From an uncultured Bacteroidales bacterium (GTDB lineage Bacteria; Bacteroidota; Bacteroidia; Bacteroidales; Paludibacteraceae): DNA of 64,000 nucleotides. Every line of letters starts with the position of its first letter. Position 1 is the first letter of the stretch. The position numbers were made by a program, and so were the translations under genes. The stretch is taken from NCBI GenBank assembly GCA_902774185.1, contig CACYHE010000003.1, positions 11,997 to 75,996 on the forward strand, read 5' to 3'. The notes beneath the pieces are model-generated. The model saw only the letters and a list, made by a program, of their open reading frames with translations, made no database searches and was not told where the DNA came from. This document shows, in pieces, positions 36,579-46,879 of this stretch.

Positions 36579-39362
36579 ATGAAATGTCCTTATTGCGGCT
36601 ATGACAAAATTCAGCCGAACTTCAATTTCTGTCCGAAATGTAAACACTCGTTAAAAGATCAATCAGAGGTTAAAAACAGCACTCCTTCTGATTCCAGAGA
36701 TTCTGAAGAAAAAGGTTTCTTGAATCGCGCATTATCGCGTTGGACGTACGAAAGAGCAGCTGCCGATCCGTATTCCTATGCGCTTTGGGCTTACCGAAAT
36801 CCGAATGACAACCGCGTCTTCTTGGGGCGTTGGCATGCGGAGGGGCATGATTTAACTGCAATCCATCATGCTATATCAGAGGCTAACCGTGCACGCCAGG
36901 AGAACCCGACGGCAGACAGTGTTGATGTGGAGGGTAATATCATTGATTCTAACCGCCAGAATGCGCGTAGAGAAGCGAATAATAATTTTGTGGATACGGT
37001 AAACGCTGCCTATACAGCAGATGCAGCGGCTATTGTGCGCAATAAAGCGATTTGGAAACTGCAAGCCGGTGAATTGGCACGTCATATTGCCCCGGATGAG
37101 TGGGTGTATGTCACTGAGCATCTTGGTGGTGTGGTGATTGAAGAAGGAACGAGTGCAATCATCTATGTGGATGGTCAGGAAGTGGCGCAGATGGGTAGCG
37201 GCATGTATGTGTTTGACGATAAGCGTCAGGATGCTGAGATAGAGGCTAATAAGCGGAAACTGGAGCCGCAGGTGGAGCGTGGCTTCTTCGGAAGAATAGT
37301 GGATGGAATCCTTCGCTTCTTCTCCGGTCATAGAAACGATGAGGACGCTCAGCAACGCGAAGCACGTCGCCGTCGTGTAGAGCAGATAATGGGGCGGTTA
37401 AGAAAAGATACAATCATCGATATTTATCTTAAGTCGGATCGTATCTTCCCTGCTGTCTTTGGTAAGCAATATTTGGCTGATTCTCCGGAGGGATATGCGC
37501 CGTACGAGATACAATCACGCTATTTGGATCTGAAGGTGGGTGTAGCGATGCAGATGCAAATTTCAGATTTCAAATCCTTCATTACCAACTATATGCCGGG
37601 CAAGAAGACGGTTTCTATTGCGGATGTGGTGAAGAGTGCGGATAATGCGGTTTATAGCGTTTTACGCTTCCGCTTGCGTGATATAGAGGTGTCGGAGCGT
37701 GGCTTGGATGAAGCTACATTCAATGCAATCAAGATGCATTTGATGCAGAATGTGCCGAACCTGCTCCATGGCGTGAAAGTGATAGACGTGCTGGATATCA
37801 CAACGGATAATGAGAAACTGAGACGTTTCCGTGAAGTGGAGGGACAACTCTATAGCTCTGAGCGTGAGTACGATTTCTTGCTGCGCACCAATGAGTTCCG
37901 TAATCGTATCGCTGCGGAGGAGAATGACCAAAAGATACGTGAGGCTCGTTCGGAGCAGGAATTGCGGTTCCGTTTGGATGAACTTAATAAAGACAATCTG
38001 CTTCATGATGATGAGTTGGAGCAGTTTGTTGATCTCCTGAATAATCAAAAAATAATCCGGGAAGCTTCTAATCAATCGGATTTGGATCAGGCGTTGTGGG
38101 GAATTGAGCATAATCGACTTGTCTCGAAAGAGGAGTTTGATATCTTTAAACACGATCTTGATAAGCGTGATTTTGATAGAGCGCAGGTTTGGGAGCAATT
38201 CCGTGCGCGTTCTCTGCAGGCGACGGCTTTACAGAAATTGAAATTAGATACGGAACTTGATGTGGCTCATATTCATGCGGTTGACGAGGTGGATGATGCG
38301 AAGTGGGAAACAGTACGTAAACAAAAAGGAAGAGATGCTGAGAAGTGGGATTTGGATGCGGCTATCTATGGACGTAGATATGTGCTGGAGAAACAGCAAC
38401 TCTTGGATAATATAGAACAAGATCGGATCACTGCTCAGGGCAATCTGGATGTCAATAAGATTGAATTGGAGAATGCGCGTCAACTGGATGACTATTCGGA
38501 CCTTCGTTGGGAAAAAGAGCATGCACAGGATGAGAAGGCCAAAGAAGATGCGTATCAGCGCGAACTCCGCAGGAAAGAAGACGATTTGCGGCATATTCAA
38601 CAACAATTGGATATGAGCATGTCGGCTACCGAACGCGGTTCTCGGATTGCTTTGGAGAATATGCGCGCCATGAAAGAGATGGAGTTGGCTCAACTCAGAG
38701 AACAGCATGCGCATGAGCAGTCTATGGCGAATATTGATGCGGATGTACGGAAGACGGAGATAGAAGCCGAGAGCCATATGAATGCCGATCAGTTAGTCGG
38801 TAAAAACGTAACACGTATGGATGCTGCGGCGCAAGCCAAGTTCGCGGAGTCGTTCTCGCATATGAATGAAATTGAGTTAATGAAGCAAAATGCAGCTGAG
38901 CGCGAGAAATTATACCAGGAAATGGTGCAGATGGCAAAAGAGAATGGTATCAATACCGCCGAATTGCAGGCGCATAATGCAGATAAGCAACTCGATATTA
39001 TGCAACAGATGATGGCTGCCTTTACCCAGATGAACATGAGTCAGAATATGGGACAACATGGCGTTGTTAACTCGATGGTTAGTGTCATGCGCGATGTGGC
39101 GAATGGTAAAATCAAAGATGCGAAAGATCTGAAGGAAGAGTACCGTACGCAAATGCAGCACGAGCAAGAACGAGTGGATGAGAATCAACAACAATCGCTC
39201 AACTATACTACGCGTGTCAAGGTGTCGGAAAATGCACCTTATATGGGGGGAGGAACATCCGTAAGAGTAAATGTCGGTACGCGCACTTGTCCTTCGTGTG
39301 GAGAACCAATCAATGACCCTGATTCACTTTGCTGTCCTAATTGTGGTAGAGATCTGAAATAA
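36579..39362 (+). CDS. Double zinc-ribbon protein with SPFH (YdjI/Band_7_1-like) segment and very long coiled coil
   Basis: N-terminal CPYCG...CPKC and C-terminal CPSCG...CPNCG ribbons. SPFH-like strands IWKLQAGE...GVVIEEGTSAIIYVDGQEVAQMGSGMYVF and DIYLKSDRIFPAVFG. About 450 aa E/K/Q/R-rich heptad-like region. No signal peptide or TM. Confidence 0.6.
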   Translation: MKCPYCGYDKIQPNFNFCPKCKHSLKDQSEVKNSTPSDSRDSEEKGFLNRALSRWTYERAAADPYSYALWAYRNPNDNRVFLGRWHAEGHDLTAIHHAISEANRARQENPTADSVDVEGNIIDSNRQNARREANNNFVDTVNAAYTADAAAIVRNKAIWKLQAGELARHIAPDEWVYVTEHLGGVVIEEGTSAIIYVDGQEVAQMGSGMYVFDDKRQDAEIEANKRKLEPQVERGFFGRIVDGILRFFSGHRNDEDAQQREARRRRVEQIMGRLRKDTIIDIYLKSDRIFPAVFGKQYLADSPEGYAPYEIQSRYLDLKVGVAMQMQISDFKSFITNYMPGKKTVSIADVVKSADNAVYSVLRFRLRDIEVSERGLDEATFNAIKMHLMQNVPNLLHGVKVIDVLDITTDNEKLRRFREVEGQLYSSEREYDFLLRTNEFRNRIAAEENDQKIREARSEQELRFRLDELNKDNLLHDDELEQFVDLLNNQKIIREASNQSDLDQALWGIEHNRLVSKEEFDIFKHDLDKRDFDRAQVWEQFRARSLQATALQKLKLDTELDVAHIHAVDEVDDAKWETVRKQKGRDAEKWDLDAAIYGRRYVLEKQQLLDNIEQDRITAQGNLDVNKIELENARQLDDYSDLRWEKEHAQDEKAKEDAYQRELRRKEDDLRHIQQQLDMSMSATERGSRIALENMRAMKEMELAQLREQHAHEQSMANIDADVRKTEIEAESHMNADQLVGKNVTRMDAAAQAKFAESFSHMNEIELMKQNAAEREKLYQEMVQMAKENGINTAELQAHNADKQLDIMQQMMAAFTQMNMSQNMGQHGVVNSMVSVMRDVANGKIKDAKDLKEEYRTQMQHEQERVDENQQQSLNYTTRVKVSENAPYMGGGTSVRVNVGTRTCPSCGEPINDPDSLCCPNCGRDLK

Positions 39363-39368
39363 GCAACC

Positions 39369-40913
39369 ATGTTTACAGGATTAATACTGACGGATACACA
39401 GCGTTTGGCTGATGCGATGGGAGAAAAGCACTCTGAGGTGTTGGAAACGCTATTCTCCTATGTGAATGGGAGCAAGGCATATATTAATTGGGTCATGGTG
39501 GATGCCTCTGATCCAATGTATGCGGATATGAACAAAGAGGATTGGCATGCATATGCTTCCATTTTGAATGATTATTATTTTGGTTTAGGCCTGAAGGACT
39601 TCGGTAATTTTCCTTTGTTCATCATAGGTGGAGAGGATGTTATTCCTATGCCGACGGCTCAAAATCCCTTGCAGGCTTCTGGAGGAGAATTCTTGAGTTC
39701 AGACATGCTCTATTGCTTCGATACACAGAATGGATATAGCGAACTCCAATTAGTGATGGATAAACCGCGCTTTGCTGTAGGTCGATTACCGATAGCCAAT
39801 GAATATACCCTGGTGGATCTGCAAAATTATCTGGAGGATTGTCTTGCGCGTACCCCGGATGGAATACACGTACGAGGTGCAGCGATGACGACCACGGAAA
39901 GTTGGTTGCGTGCTTCCAAAGAGATGATGAGGGATCTTCCTATCGCCTCATTATCTGAAGAATATGTGCCCCTTAACGAGCGCATGATTGTGAGCCCGTT
40001 ATTGGATACTTCCTATCAGGATATGTATGACGGTTATGTACACGAACTGAAGAAAGTGGACTTCCTGGTATGTAATCTGCATGGCTCTGATGAACCCGGA
40101 CATCCACAGTTCTTTGGAGAAGATAAAGAGGGAACCAAGAAAACCATCGCAACACAACCTTCTATGTTGGAGCAGACATGCCCCTTGATTTTTAATACCG
40201 TTGCATGCTATGGCGCTCGTTACACCGGATACGAGATGGACGACTCCATGCTTCTTATGGCAATGGCATACGGTACACTCTTGTATTGCGGCGCTTGCGA
40301 TACCTCTTTTGGCGGTCCGGAAGAGGATGGAGTGGCAAGAGAGGGTAGGTCTGAACTGCTGATGAAACTCTATAATATCTATCTCCACCAAGGACAACCC
40401 GCCGGTATGGCGTTGCTCAAAGCCAAACAGGATTATTACCGCACCTGTCATACGTTTGATAGCGATGAACGGGCGATGTTCACCATCTTGGAGTTTAACC
40501 TCTTCGGATGCCCGATTTTGGCGATGCAACCGGAACTGCCGGAAGATTATCGACCGCTATTGCTGAATAACAGAATAGTTGCGAACCAATCGGTTACCTA
40601 TCAACCGAAGAAATCAAAACCGGTGTGGAACTCTGCTTATCAGGCAGAAGATATCCATGCCTACGTGCAAAGATTGGTTGATAATAATCTTACCCTCATT
40701 CGCCAGAAAGTAGAAAAAGAAGTGTATCAACGTTTGGGACTCGGAAAAGATAGTCTGCGGGTCGTTTTAAGCATAACGCAAAATAATAACGAAGTCGGCT
40801 ATCAGTTCGTCTATCGTTGGTCTCCGCAAGGAGTATATAGTCGGATGGAGATGTGTTGCCTTGTTGATACGGATATGCAGGGTAGCATTGTAGAAATAAC
40901 ACGAACCAAATGA
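39369..40913 (+). CDS. Cytoplasmic gingipain(C25)-like clan CD cysteine peptidase homolog (tentative)
   Basis: No signal peptide. Motif order is LFIIGGEDVIPMP, SDMLYC, PRFAVGRLP, then VCNLHGS (His-Gly) and NTVACYG (Ala-Cys) after hydrophobic strands. Confidence 0.5.
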   Translation: MFTGLILTDTQRLADAMGEKHSEVLETLFSYVNGSKAYINWVMVDASDPMYADMNKEDWHAYASILNDYYFGLGLKDFGNFPLFIIGGEDVIPMPTAQNPLQASGGEFLSSDMLYCFDTQNGYSELQLVMDKPRFAVGRLPIANEYTLVDLQNYLEDCLARTPDGIHVRGAAMTTTESWLRASKEMMRDLPIASLSEEYVPLNERMIVSPLLDTSYQDMYDGYVHELKKVDFLVCNLHGSDEPGHPQFFGEDKEGTKKTIATQPSMLEQTCPLIFNTVACYGARYTGYEMDDSMLLMAMAYGTLLYCGACDTSFGGPEEDGVAREGRSELLMKLYNIYLHQGQPAGMALLKAKQDYYRTCHTFDSDERAMFTILEFNLFGCPILAMQPELPEDYRPLLLNNRIVANQSVTYQPKKSKPVWNSAYQAEDIHAYVQRLVDNNLTLIRQKVEKEVYQRLGLGKDSLRVVLSITQNNNEVGYQFVYRWSPQGVYSRMEMCCLVDTDMQGSIVEITRTK

Positions 40914-42682
40914 AAACTTGTAGTAATTGTGGTCAGTCCTGTCCGGATGATGCAATAATATGTCCCATCTGTGGGGCTGAGTTTGAATCTGTCCCGGGAC
41001 AGTCGAATATCAACATGGGTAATGCCAATGCGATCAGCGGTGACATTCATTCCACCGACGACCATTCCTCGCACGATAGTAACAACCAGTTGAATAGCAA
41101 TAATGCGTCGAATAGTTACAACACCACAAATAACACCACGATTCACGAAGCGCAAAAGAGCGAAAGCACGTTGTTGAATGAGAACAAAATGGCTTATCGC
41201 TTGAAATGTAAAGAGCTTTTTGAGGATGGTCACATGATCGGCAATGGCGAAAGTCAGTTGCGAGAACTGCAGGTGAGTCTTAATCTCGCGGATGAGATTG
41301 CGCTTCCGATCAAGGAAGAGATTCGACTTCAAAGCAAGAAACGCAAGAAACAACTACCGTTGGGAGGAAAGCAAGAGATTAACCAAACCAAGACTATTAT
41401 CGAGCAAAATGTCACATCTGCGTTGCAGCGTCAATTGGTAAAACTGGAACAGTGGATGCAGGAATACGATGATGACTCGTTGAAATCTGTATATTATCAG
41501 ATGGCATCGATGCTTGAGCCGGTGCGATATACCAATCGCTATGAAGACTCTGCAAAGGACGAATATTGGGAGGCATATTGGGCATACATAGCATATATGC
41601 TCCAGACTCGTTTCAAAGAGGCGGATGAGGCTCTTGCGTCATTAGGCAGATGGCATGCCCACTATCCGGAGCAAAACGATGTCATTCTGTTCCTTGCCGG
41701 TCAACTCATGCAAAATGATTCTTTGGAGAGTGCGCAGAAAGTACGAGGCACGCTACCGGCTCATTATTCTCCGAATTTGCAGTTGCTCTTGGATGCAATG
41801 GACGAATTATTGCAAAAGGACTATGAGAAAGAGTTTGTAAGCATTCGTCCGGTTCACGCGTTTTATATCAATTCGTTGTTTACGGAATTTTTTGATACAC
41901 AAAAAGCGAACGGCTTGCAACGTATAGAAGATGCTAAGATTAGAAAAGCACAAGAGGAACAGATTGAGAGGGACCGGCTTCATGAACAGGAATTAGCCCG
42001 GCAGGCTGCGGCTAAGGCGCAAGCAGATGCAGATGCGGAATCTGCACGCTTGGCTGCTTTACAGCAAGATGCTGAGAATATCGCAAAAGCGCAGGATTTG
42101 GCTAATCAGCAGCAGGAGACGGAAGCAGCAGCTGCTGCTCGAGCAAAAGCAGAAGCAGAGCGGATTGAACAGGAACGTCTTGCTGCTGAAGAAGAGGAAC
42201 TCCGCAGAAGAGAAGAAGAAAAACGTCGCCGCAAAGCAGCCCGTATCGCCTGGCTCGAACGAAATTTTTGGTATATAGCGGGAGGAATAATAGGAATAGT
42301 TCTCATAGCTTTCCTTTCTACGTGGGTACCGAAAAAAGTGAAATCGAAAGAAGCGGAAAAAGAATCGCAAAGGATAGAGTTAGATAATTATGAATTGTTG
42401 ATCTCTACCTGCAAAAACAATATTGCTTTGAGCACGACGGATAATCTTGTCCCCTTAGATTCTGCCGCTCATCAGTTGGTAAGAATTAAGCGTGAGTGTA
42501 AGCGTCTTGAACAAGATGCAACTAAGGTAAAACAATTGGACGAACAGTTTGTTACAAAAGCTCGGGCATTGGAGAATACGCTGAAAACTTTAGCAGATCA
42601 TCCGCTTAATACAGAACAAGCCATTGGATGCAGCGAGAAATGTATAAATATTGAATCATGGATTAACTTTATTGATCAATGA
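40910..42682 (+). CDS. Zinc-ribbon, coiled-coil, single-pass membrane protein
   Basis: CSNCGQSC...CPICG, an N/S-rich linker, a helical region and an A/E/R-rich coil. TM is FWYIAGGIIGIVLIAFLSTWV. ATGA overlap with the upstream gene. Confidence 0.6.
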   Translation: MKTCSNCGQSCPDDAIICPICGAEFESVPGQSNINMGNANAISGDIHSTDDHSSHDSNNQLNSNNASNSYNTTNNTTIHEAQKSESTLLNENKMAYRLKCKELFEDGHMIGNGESQLRELQVSLNLADEIALPIKEEIRLQSKKRKKQLPLGGKQEINQTKTIIEQNVTSALQRQLVKLEQWMQEYDDDSLKSVYYQMASMLEPVRYTNRYEDSAKDEYWEAYWAYIAYMLQTRFKEADEALASLGRWHAHYPEQNDVILFLAGQLMQNDSLESAQKVRGTLPAHYSPNLQLLLDAMDELLQKDYEKEFVSIRPVHAFYINSLFTEFFDTQKANGLQRIEDAKIRKAQEEQIERDRLHEQELARQAAAKAQADADAESARLAALQQDAENIAKAQDLANQQQETEAAAAARAKAEAERIEQERLAAEEEELRRREEEKRRRKAARIAWLERNFWYIAGGIIGIVLIAFLSTWVPKKVKSKEAEKESQRIELDNYELLISTCKNNIALSTTDNLVPLDSAAHQLVRIKRECKRLEQDATKVKQLDEQFVTKARALENTLKTLADHPLNTEQAIGCSEKCINIESWINFIDQ

Positions 42683-43440
42683 AAAGAATTGTTTTAGCAT
42701 TAATAATGATGTCTTCGGTAGTTATTACCTTGCAGGCTCAAGGTTGTGTATCATACCTTGAGACGGGAAAATCGGCCATCGCGGATAGCGAGCGCGATGA
42801 GGCGAAATTACTTGAACTGGAAAAATATTTCTTGAATATTGATGCGGCATGCAAGAGCGAAATAGGGAATAGTGCAGCTTTATGTGCAGAGCATGTTAGA
42901 GATTTAAGAAATAAACTCGTAGAAGCAAGGAAACGTGCAGAATTACAGCGTAAGGAAAATGAAAAAAGAATAAAGGAGGAGGAACGCAAAGAATTGGAAC
43001 GCATCCAGAAAGAGCGGGAAGATAGAATAGCAAATAATTTGCTATATATTGAAGGGTATGGTCATCTTAAGGATGACACGAACTATCCTATCGTCAGTCT
43101 TATCAAAGGAAATCTTTCGAAACAATACAAATATAAATATGCGCAAAGTGCTGAAAAAGCAGTGTGGGGTATCTATATTGCTATTGATTCAAGGAATGTG
43201 CGCTTGGTAGAGAATACAGGACAGTATATGGCATATGCTGTACCAATGATGCTTATCAAAAATTTAGTAACGGGAGAGGTTGTTTACGAAGGCAGCGGTT
43301 TGGAATTTGCGGAAGACTATAAAGGGGAAGATGCTAAGTATTCGATAGGCATAGAGGAATTAGCTACTATTCGCAGTGCTTTTAGAAAGACTATTGATCC
43401 GTTAAGTTTAACAATATCAAATTTTATCCAACATGAATAG
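42679..43440 (+). CDS. Exported protein with K/E-rich coiled-coil segment
   Basis: Signal peptide MKRIVLALIMMSSVVITLQAQ and an ATGA overlap with the upstream gene. Confidence 0.55.
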   Translation: MKRIVLALIMMSSVVITLQAQGCVSYLETGKSAIADSERDEAKLLELEKYFLNIDAACKSEIGNSAALCAEHVRDLRNKLVEARKRAELQRKENEKRIKEEERKELERIQKEREDRIANNLLYIEGYGHLKDDTNYPIVSLIKGNLSKQYKYKYAQSAEKAVWGIYIAIDSRNVRLVENTGQYMAYAVPMMLIKNLVTGEVVYEGSGLEFAEDYKGEDAKYSIGIEELATIRSAFRKTIDPLSLTISNFIQHE

Positions 43441-44449
43441 AAAATCGTATCTTATTATAGTTGTATTGTGGCTGTTTAATCTTGTCGCATATGCTGAGTC
43501 TAGGGGAGGGCTTGTAGCTGTCTTTGTGGATGGAGATAGTAATGTGCCCGAGGAATACAAACGCTTGTTACAATCAAGTATGGAGGAAGGTTTGGTTGAT
43601 TGTAGTTATGCTGTTGTTGCGCATGATGCTGAGTACTTAAAGATGTCTCGTGATTATAGTGATTATGTTAGGAAAAGTACCATATCCGAGTTTGCATTTG
43701 ATAATGTTACTTCAGAGAGTTTGGCGGATTCGTTATGCTTCCTTTATATTGTACAATTAGGCAAAGGTTCATATCGGATAGAAGCAACTATGACAGGTTA
43801 TGGTGCAAATGCCTCTAAAAAGAAAAAGACATATCCAAGTTTAGGAGAAAGTAGATGTAACTTAGAAGAGAATACAGCGGAGCAAGTTCAAATAGCAACT
43901 ATAGAATTGCTTCTTAAATTGGGCTTCATAACCCCGGAAAGAAAGGAGCAGATGCTTAAAGTATATAAGGAAAAAAAAACTAAAGCCGAAGAAGATCTAG
44001 AAAAGAAAATGAAGCAGATAGATGGAATAGCTTTAGCTGCTTCTTTCTTCGTACCTGGAGCAGGTCAAATGTATAAGGGTGAGGGTGGTAAAGGTGCCGG
44101 TATCCTGATTAGCGAGGTCGCGTTAGTGGGAGGTGGTGTAACATGTTATTTCCTGGGGAAAAAACAATTGAATATTATGCGTGATAGAACGGTGGAATAT
44201 ACGGCCTTTAATGCAGCACAAAAGAACTACAATACGATGAGAATTATAAGTTATTCGTGCTATGGGGCAGCGGCTGCATTATATATTTTTAACTTATGTC
44301 ATGCGTATTTAATGCTTCCATCTGAAGACCCAAAGGTCAAAAAACGTTTGGGAGTAGAGGAAATTGGTTTCTGCCCTTCAATAATGCCAATCAACGAATT
44401 TTCCAGCCCTTCTTATGCTATGGGCGCCGGCATACAAATTAAATTTTGA
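43433..44449 (+). CDS. Exported protein with C-terminal TM hairpin (PGxGQxY motif, DUF5683/TM2-like)
   Basis: Signal peptide IVVLWLFNLVAYA. FFVPGAGQMYKGEGGKGAGILISEVALVGGGV followed by a second TM. 8-nt overlap with the upstream gene. Confidence 0.55.
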   Translation: MNRKSYLIIVVLWLFNLVAYAESRGGLVAVFVDGDSNVPEEYKRLLQSSMEEGLVDCSYAVVAHDAEYLKMSRDYSDYVRKSTISEFAFDNVTSESLADSLCFLYIVQLGKGSYRIEATMTGYGANASKKKKTYPSLGESRCNLEENTAEQVQIATIELLLKLGFITPERKEQMLKVYKEKKTKAEEDLEKKMKQIDGIALAASFFVPGAGQMYKGEGGKGAGILISEVALVGGGVTCYFLGKKQLNIMRDRTVEYTAFNAAQKNYNTMRIISYSCYGAAAALYIFNLCHAYLMLPSEDPKVKKRLGVEEIGFCPSIMPINEFSSPSYAMGAGIQIKF

Positions 44450-44454
44450 GGCAT

Positions 44455-45753
44455 ATGAAAAGAAGTATATTACTCATTTTGACACTTACTGCATTCCTGT
44501 TCTCGGGATGTTTAAGGAATTTGGAAAAAGAAGGGATAAACCCAGAAACAGTATATAAAGGGCGTGTTATTGATGCTCAAGGTAATCCGTTAAGTGGAAT
44601 TATGATCCGCATCACTAATGATCAAGTGATTTATAATTCTGTCACAACAGACTATGATGGTCTATTCCTACTGAAGGTAGATATGAGCAAAATTGATGAT
44701 AACTACTATGTGCTAATTGGTGATATTAAAGGAGAACATAGACGAGGAAAATTAAGAGGTTTTGGACAGGATGTTTATGACTATGGTGATATTCCGTTTG
44801 TCAATATCAATATACCCCAGATAGGAGCAACTGAACTGATGGATGTCTCATTCAACTCATTCACCTGTCAATGTGAAGTGGCTTCTAAGGGAGGATCAAC
44901 TGTAACAGAAAGAGGTGTTTGTTGGTCTAGTAGTGTTCCTACGATTAAAGACAATGTAGTTAAATGTGGAGTTGGTGAAGGTGTGTATTCTTGCTATATT
45001 AGCGATGATACCTTTGATTTCAACACGATAACCATCTATGCTCGTGCTTACGCGATTAATGAATATGGAGAAACTTACGGTGATTTGATTGAAATTAATC
45101 AAGTACAATTGAATAAGTTCATGAAAATTAAGTTACCCACAGTAGAGACAATTGGACTTACCGCCATGACATCTAACTCCTTTACTTGCAAATGCAATGT
45201 GATATCCCAAGGAAAGGCTATTGTGACCGAACGTGGAATTTGCTGGTCAACTAATATACCAACCATCCAAGACAATAAAGTACTATTCGGAGGTGGAGAA
45301 GGTGTTTATTCGTGCACCGTTACTGGGCTTGATTTTGGCAGTACGACATATTACGCGCGTGCTTATGCCATTAATGAATACGGAGAGTCATATGGAGAGC
45401 CGGTCGAGGTTAATTCCAGTAGAGTGGCATATTTCTCATTACCTACAATGGATTTTGGTGGGTATACCTATCATATCCATCCCGACATGGGAGGCATGCA
45501 ATGGATACAAGGGGAAGAAGCTTGCAATAATCTTGTGGCATACGGCTTTGATGACTGGTTTATGCCGAATAAAGAAGAAATGTTAGCTATTGCCAAGATT
45601 GAGAATGTATTGGATAAAGTTATTAGATATTGGACGAGCTCTGATGCTGGAAGTCCTTATTATTATTTCGTATATTACAATTACGGGTGGGATACTAGTG
45701 ACGCCGGGCGATCGAACGTTTATCATATTGTCCCGGTTAGAAGAGATAGATAA
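44455..45753 (+). CDS. Lipoprotein: CarboxypepD_reg-like domain, two internal ~95 aa repeats, DUF1566-like C-terminus
   Basis: Lipobox LFSGC and YKGRVIDAQGNPLSGIMIRI. Repeated TERG[VI]CWS...YARAYAINEYGE[TS]YG. DWFMPNKEEMLAI...YWTSS. Confidence 0.6.
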   Translation: MKRSILLILTLTAFLFSGCLRNLEKEGINPETVYKGRVIDAQGNPLSGIMIRITNDQVIYNSVTTDYDGLFLLKVDMSKIDDNYYVLIGDIKGEHRRGKLRGFGQDVYDYGDIPFVNINIPQIGATELMDVSFNSFTCQCEVASKGGSTVTERGVCWSSSVPTIKDNVVKCGVGEGVYSCYISDDTFDFNTITIYARAYAINEYGETYGDLIEINQVQLNKFMKIKLPTVETIGLTAMTSNSFTCKCNVISQGKAIVTERGICWSTNIPTIQDNKVLFGGGEGVYSCTVTGLDFGSTTYYARAYAINEYGESYGEPVEVNSSRVAYFSLPTMDFGGYTYHIHPDMGGMQWIQGEEACNNLVAYGFDDWFMPNKEEMLAIAKIENVLDKVIRYWTSSDAGSPYYYFVYYNYGWDTSDAGRSNVYHIVPVRRDR

Positions 45754-45765
45754 AATTTAAAAAGT

Positions 45766-46260
45766 ATGAAAAAGAAAACATATGTATGGGCTATTGTAGC
45801 CATCTTGACTATTTTATGTGTTGCATGCTCGAGAAATCCGGATAAGGATATGACGAGTGTGCAACGAATAATGGGAGCTGGTGATTGTATAAAATGTGAA
45901 GGGTGGTCTTGGAGTAATGGAGAGGCTACGACGACAAATACAAGTAGTGATTTGGAAATGCACTCTTTCTCCTTTAAAGTAACCGTAACAGGCGAGTTGT
46001 CTTTTTATCATAAAATGGAGTCATATTATACCGTTCCGGAATTAGATGTATCAATTGATGATAAAACGTATTTTCATGTAAGGTATGGGTCATATAGTTA
46101 TGACGCAAAACAATCATCTATAGGTGATGTGAAAGCAGGTGACACTGTAACATTTTCAGGTGTATTTTATACTGTAAAGGATATACAAATTGTTGGAGAG
46201 GCAGGGAGTTCTAATCAAAGCGGAACGGAAGATAGTTCCGGTCATCAGTGGGACTTTTGA
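45766..46260 (+). CDS. Small lipoprotein, unknown function
   Basis: Lipobox ILCVAC and a beta-rich sequence. Confidence 0.5.
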   Translation: MKKKTYVWAIVAILTILCVACSRNPDKDMTSVQRIMGAGDCIKCEGWSWSNGEATTTNTSSDLEMHSFSFKVTVTGELSFYHKMESYYTVPELDVSIDDKTYFHVRYGSYSYDAKQSSIGDVKAGDTVTFSGVFYTVKDIQIVGEAGSSNQSGTEDSSGHQWDF

Positions 46261-46291
46261 TGCTGTATTTTGAGGCAGATTTCAAAATATC

Positions 46292-46843
46292 ATGAATAGG
46301 ATAACTATAAAATATCTTATAATTGCATGTGCAGCAACTTTGTTGATGATTCCGGTATGTGCACAAAATTATGGCCCGAAAACAATAGGAAATGCTGCGG
46401 TAGAAAATCAGGAATTAAATGGTGGATATAAAGAAACATCAGCGAATGAAGAGAGATCGAGCACTAAACCGGAGGCGAACATAACAAATGTACGAATAGA
46501 AGAAGGAACGAACGATAGCGGACAAGCAGGTGTGTGGGTTCGCTTCTCTATTGAACTTAGAGGGCTGAATTCTAAAAAATGCTATGCTTCCGCATGGTTT
46601 CATAAGGATGTTGTGCATCAGGCAGGTGCTGATCAAGAATGGGAGTTGCAGATGTCCCCAAATATGGTTATTTGTCCTTCTACCGATAAGTGGACTAAAC
46701 CGGACTTTGCAATGTTTGTTCCGTTTAGTAAAGTGGATATGATTGCAAATGAGGGTGTATATACGTGTGAAATACACATATGTAATACCGAATATGTGTC
46801 ATTAGGGAAATCTAATTCTTATAGCTTTACGATCAAAAGATAA
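46292..46843 (+). CDS. Small exported protein, unknown function
   Basis: Signal peptide IIACAATLLMIPVCAQ. Confidence 0.5.
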   Translation: MNRITIKYLIIACAATLLMIPVCAQNYGPKTIGNAAVENQELNGGYKETSANEERSSTKPEANITNVRIEEGTNDSGQAGVWVRFSIELRGLNSKKCYASAWFHKDVVHQAGADQEWELQMSPNMVICPSTDKWTKPDFAMFVPFSKVDMIANEGVYTCEIHICNTEYVSLGKSNSYSFTIKR

Positions 46844-46879
46844 TTCTCCTCATACTGACAATTATTATACCTTACTCAC

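Noticed and set aside
36310-36582. 90-aa + strand ORF
   Set aside because: It starts inside tRNA-Arg and runs through the terminator, a 9-mer tract and the operon promoter, so it is an artefact of an intergenic region.
41040-41160. N/S/T-rich low-complexity stretch in the zinc-ribbon membrane protein, considered as another repeat tract
   Set aside because: The DNA shows no clean tandem periodicity, so this is compositional low complexity at protein level only.
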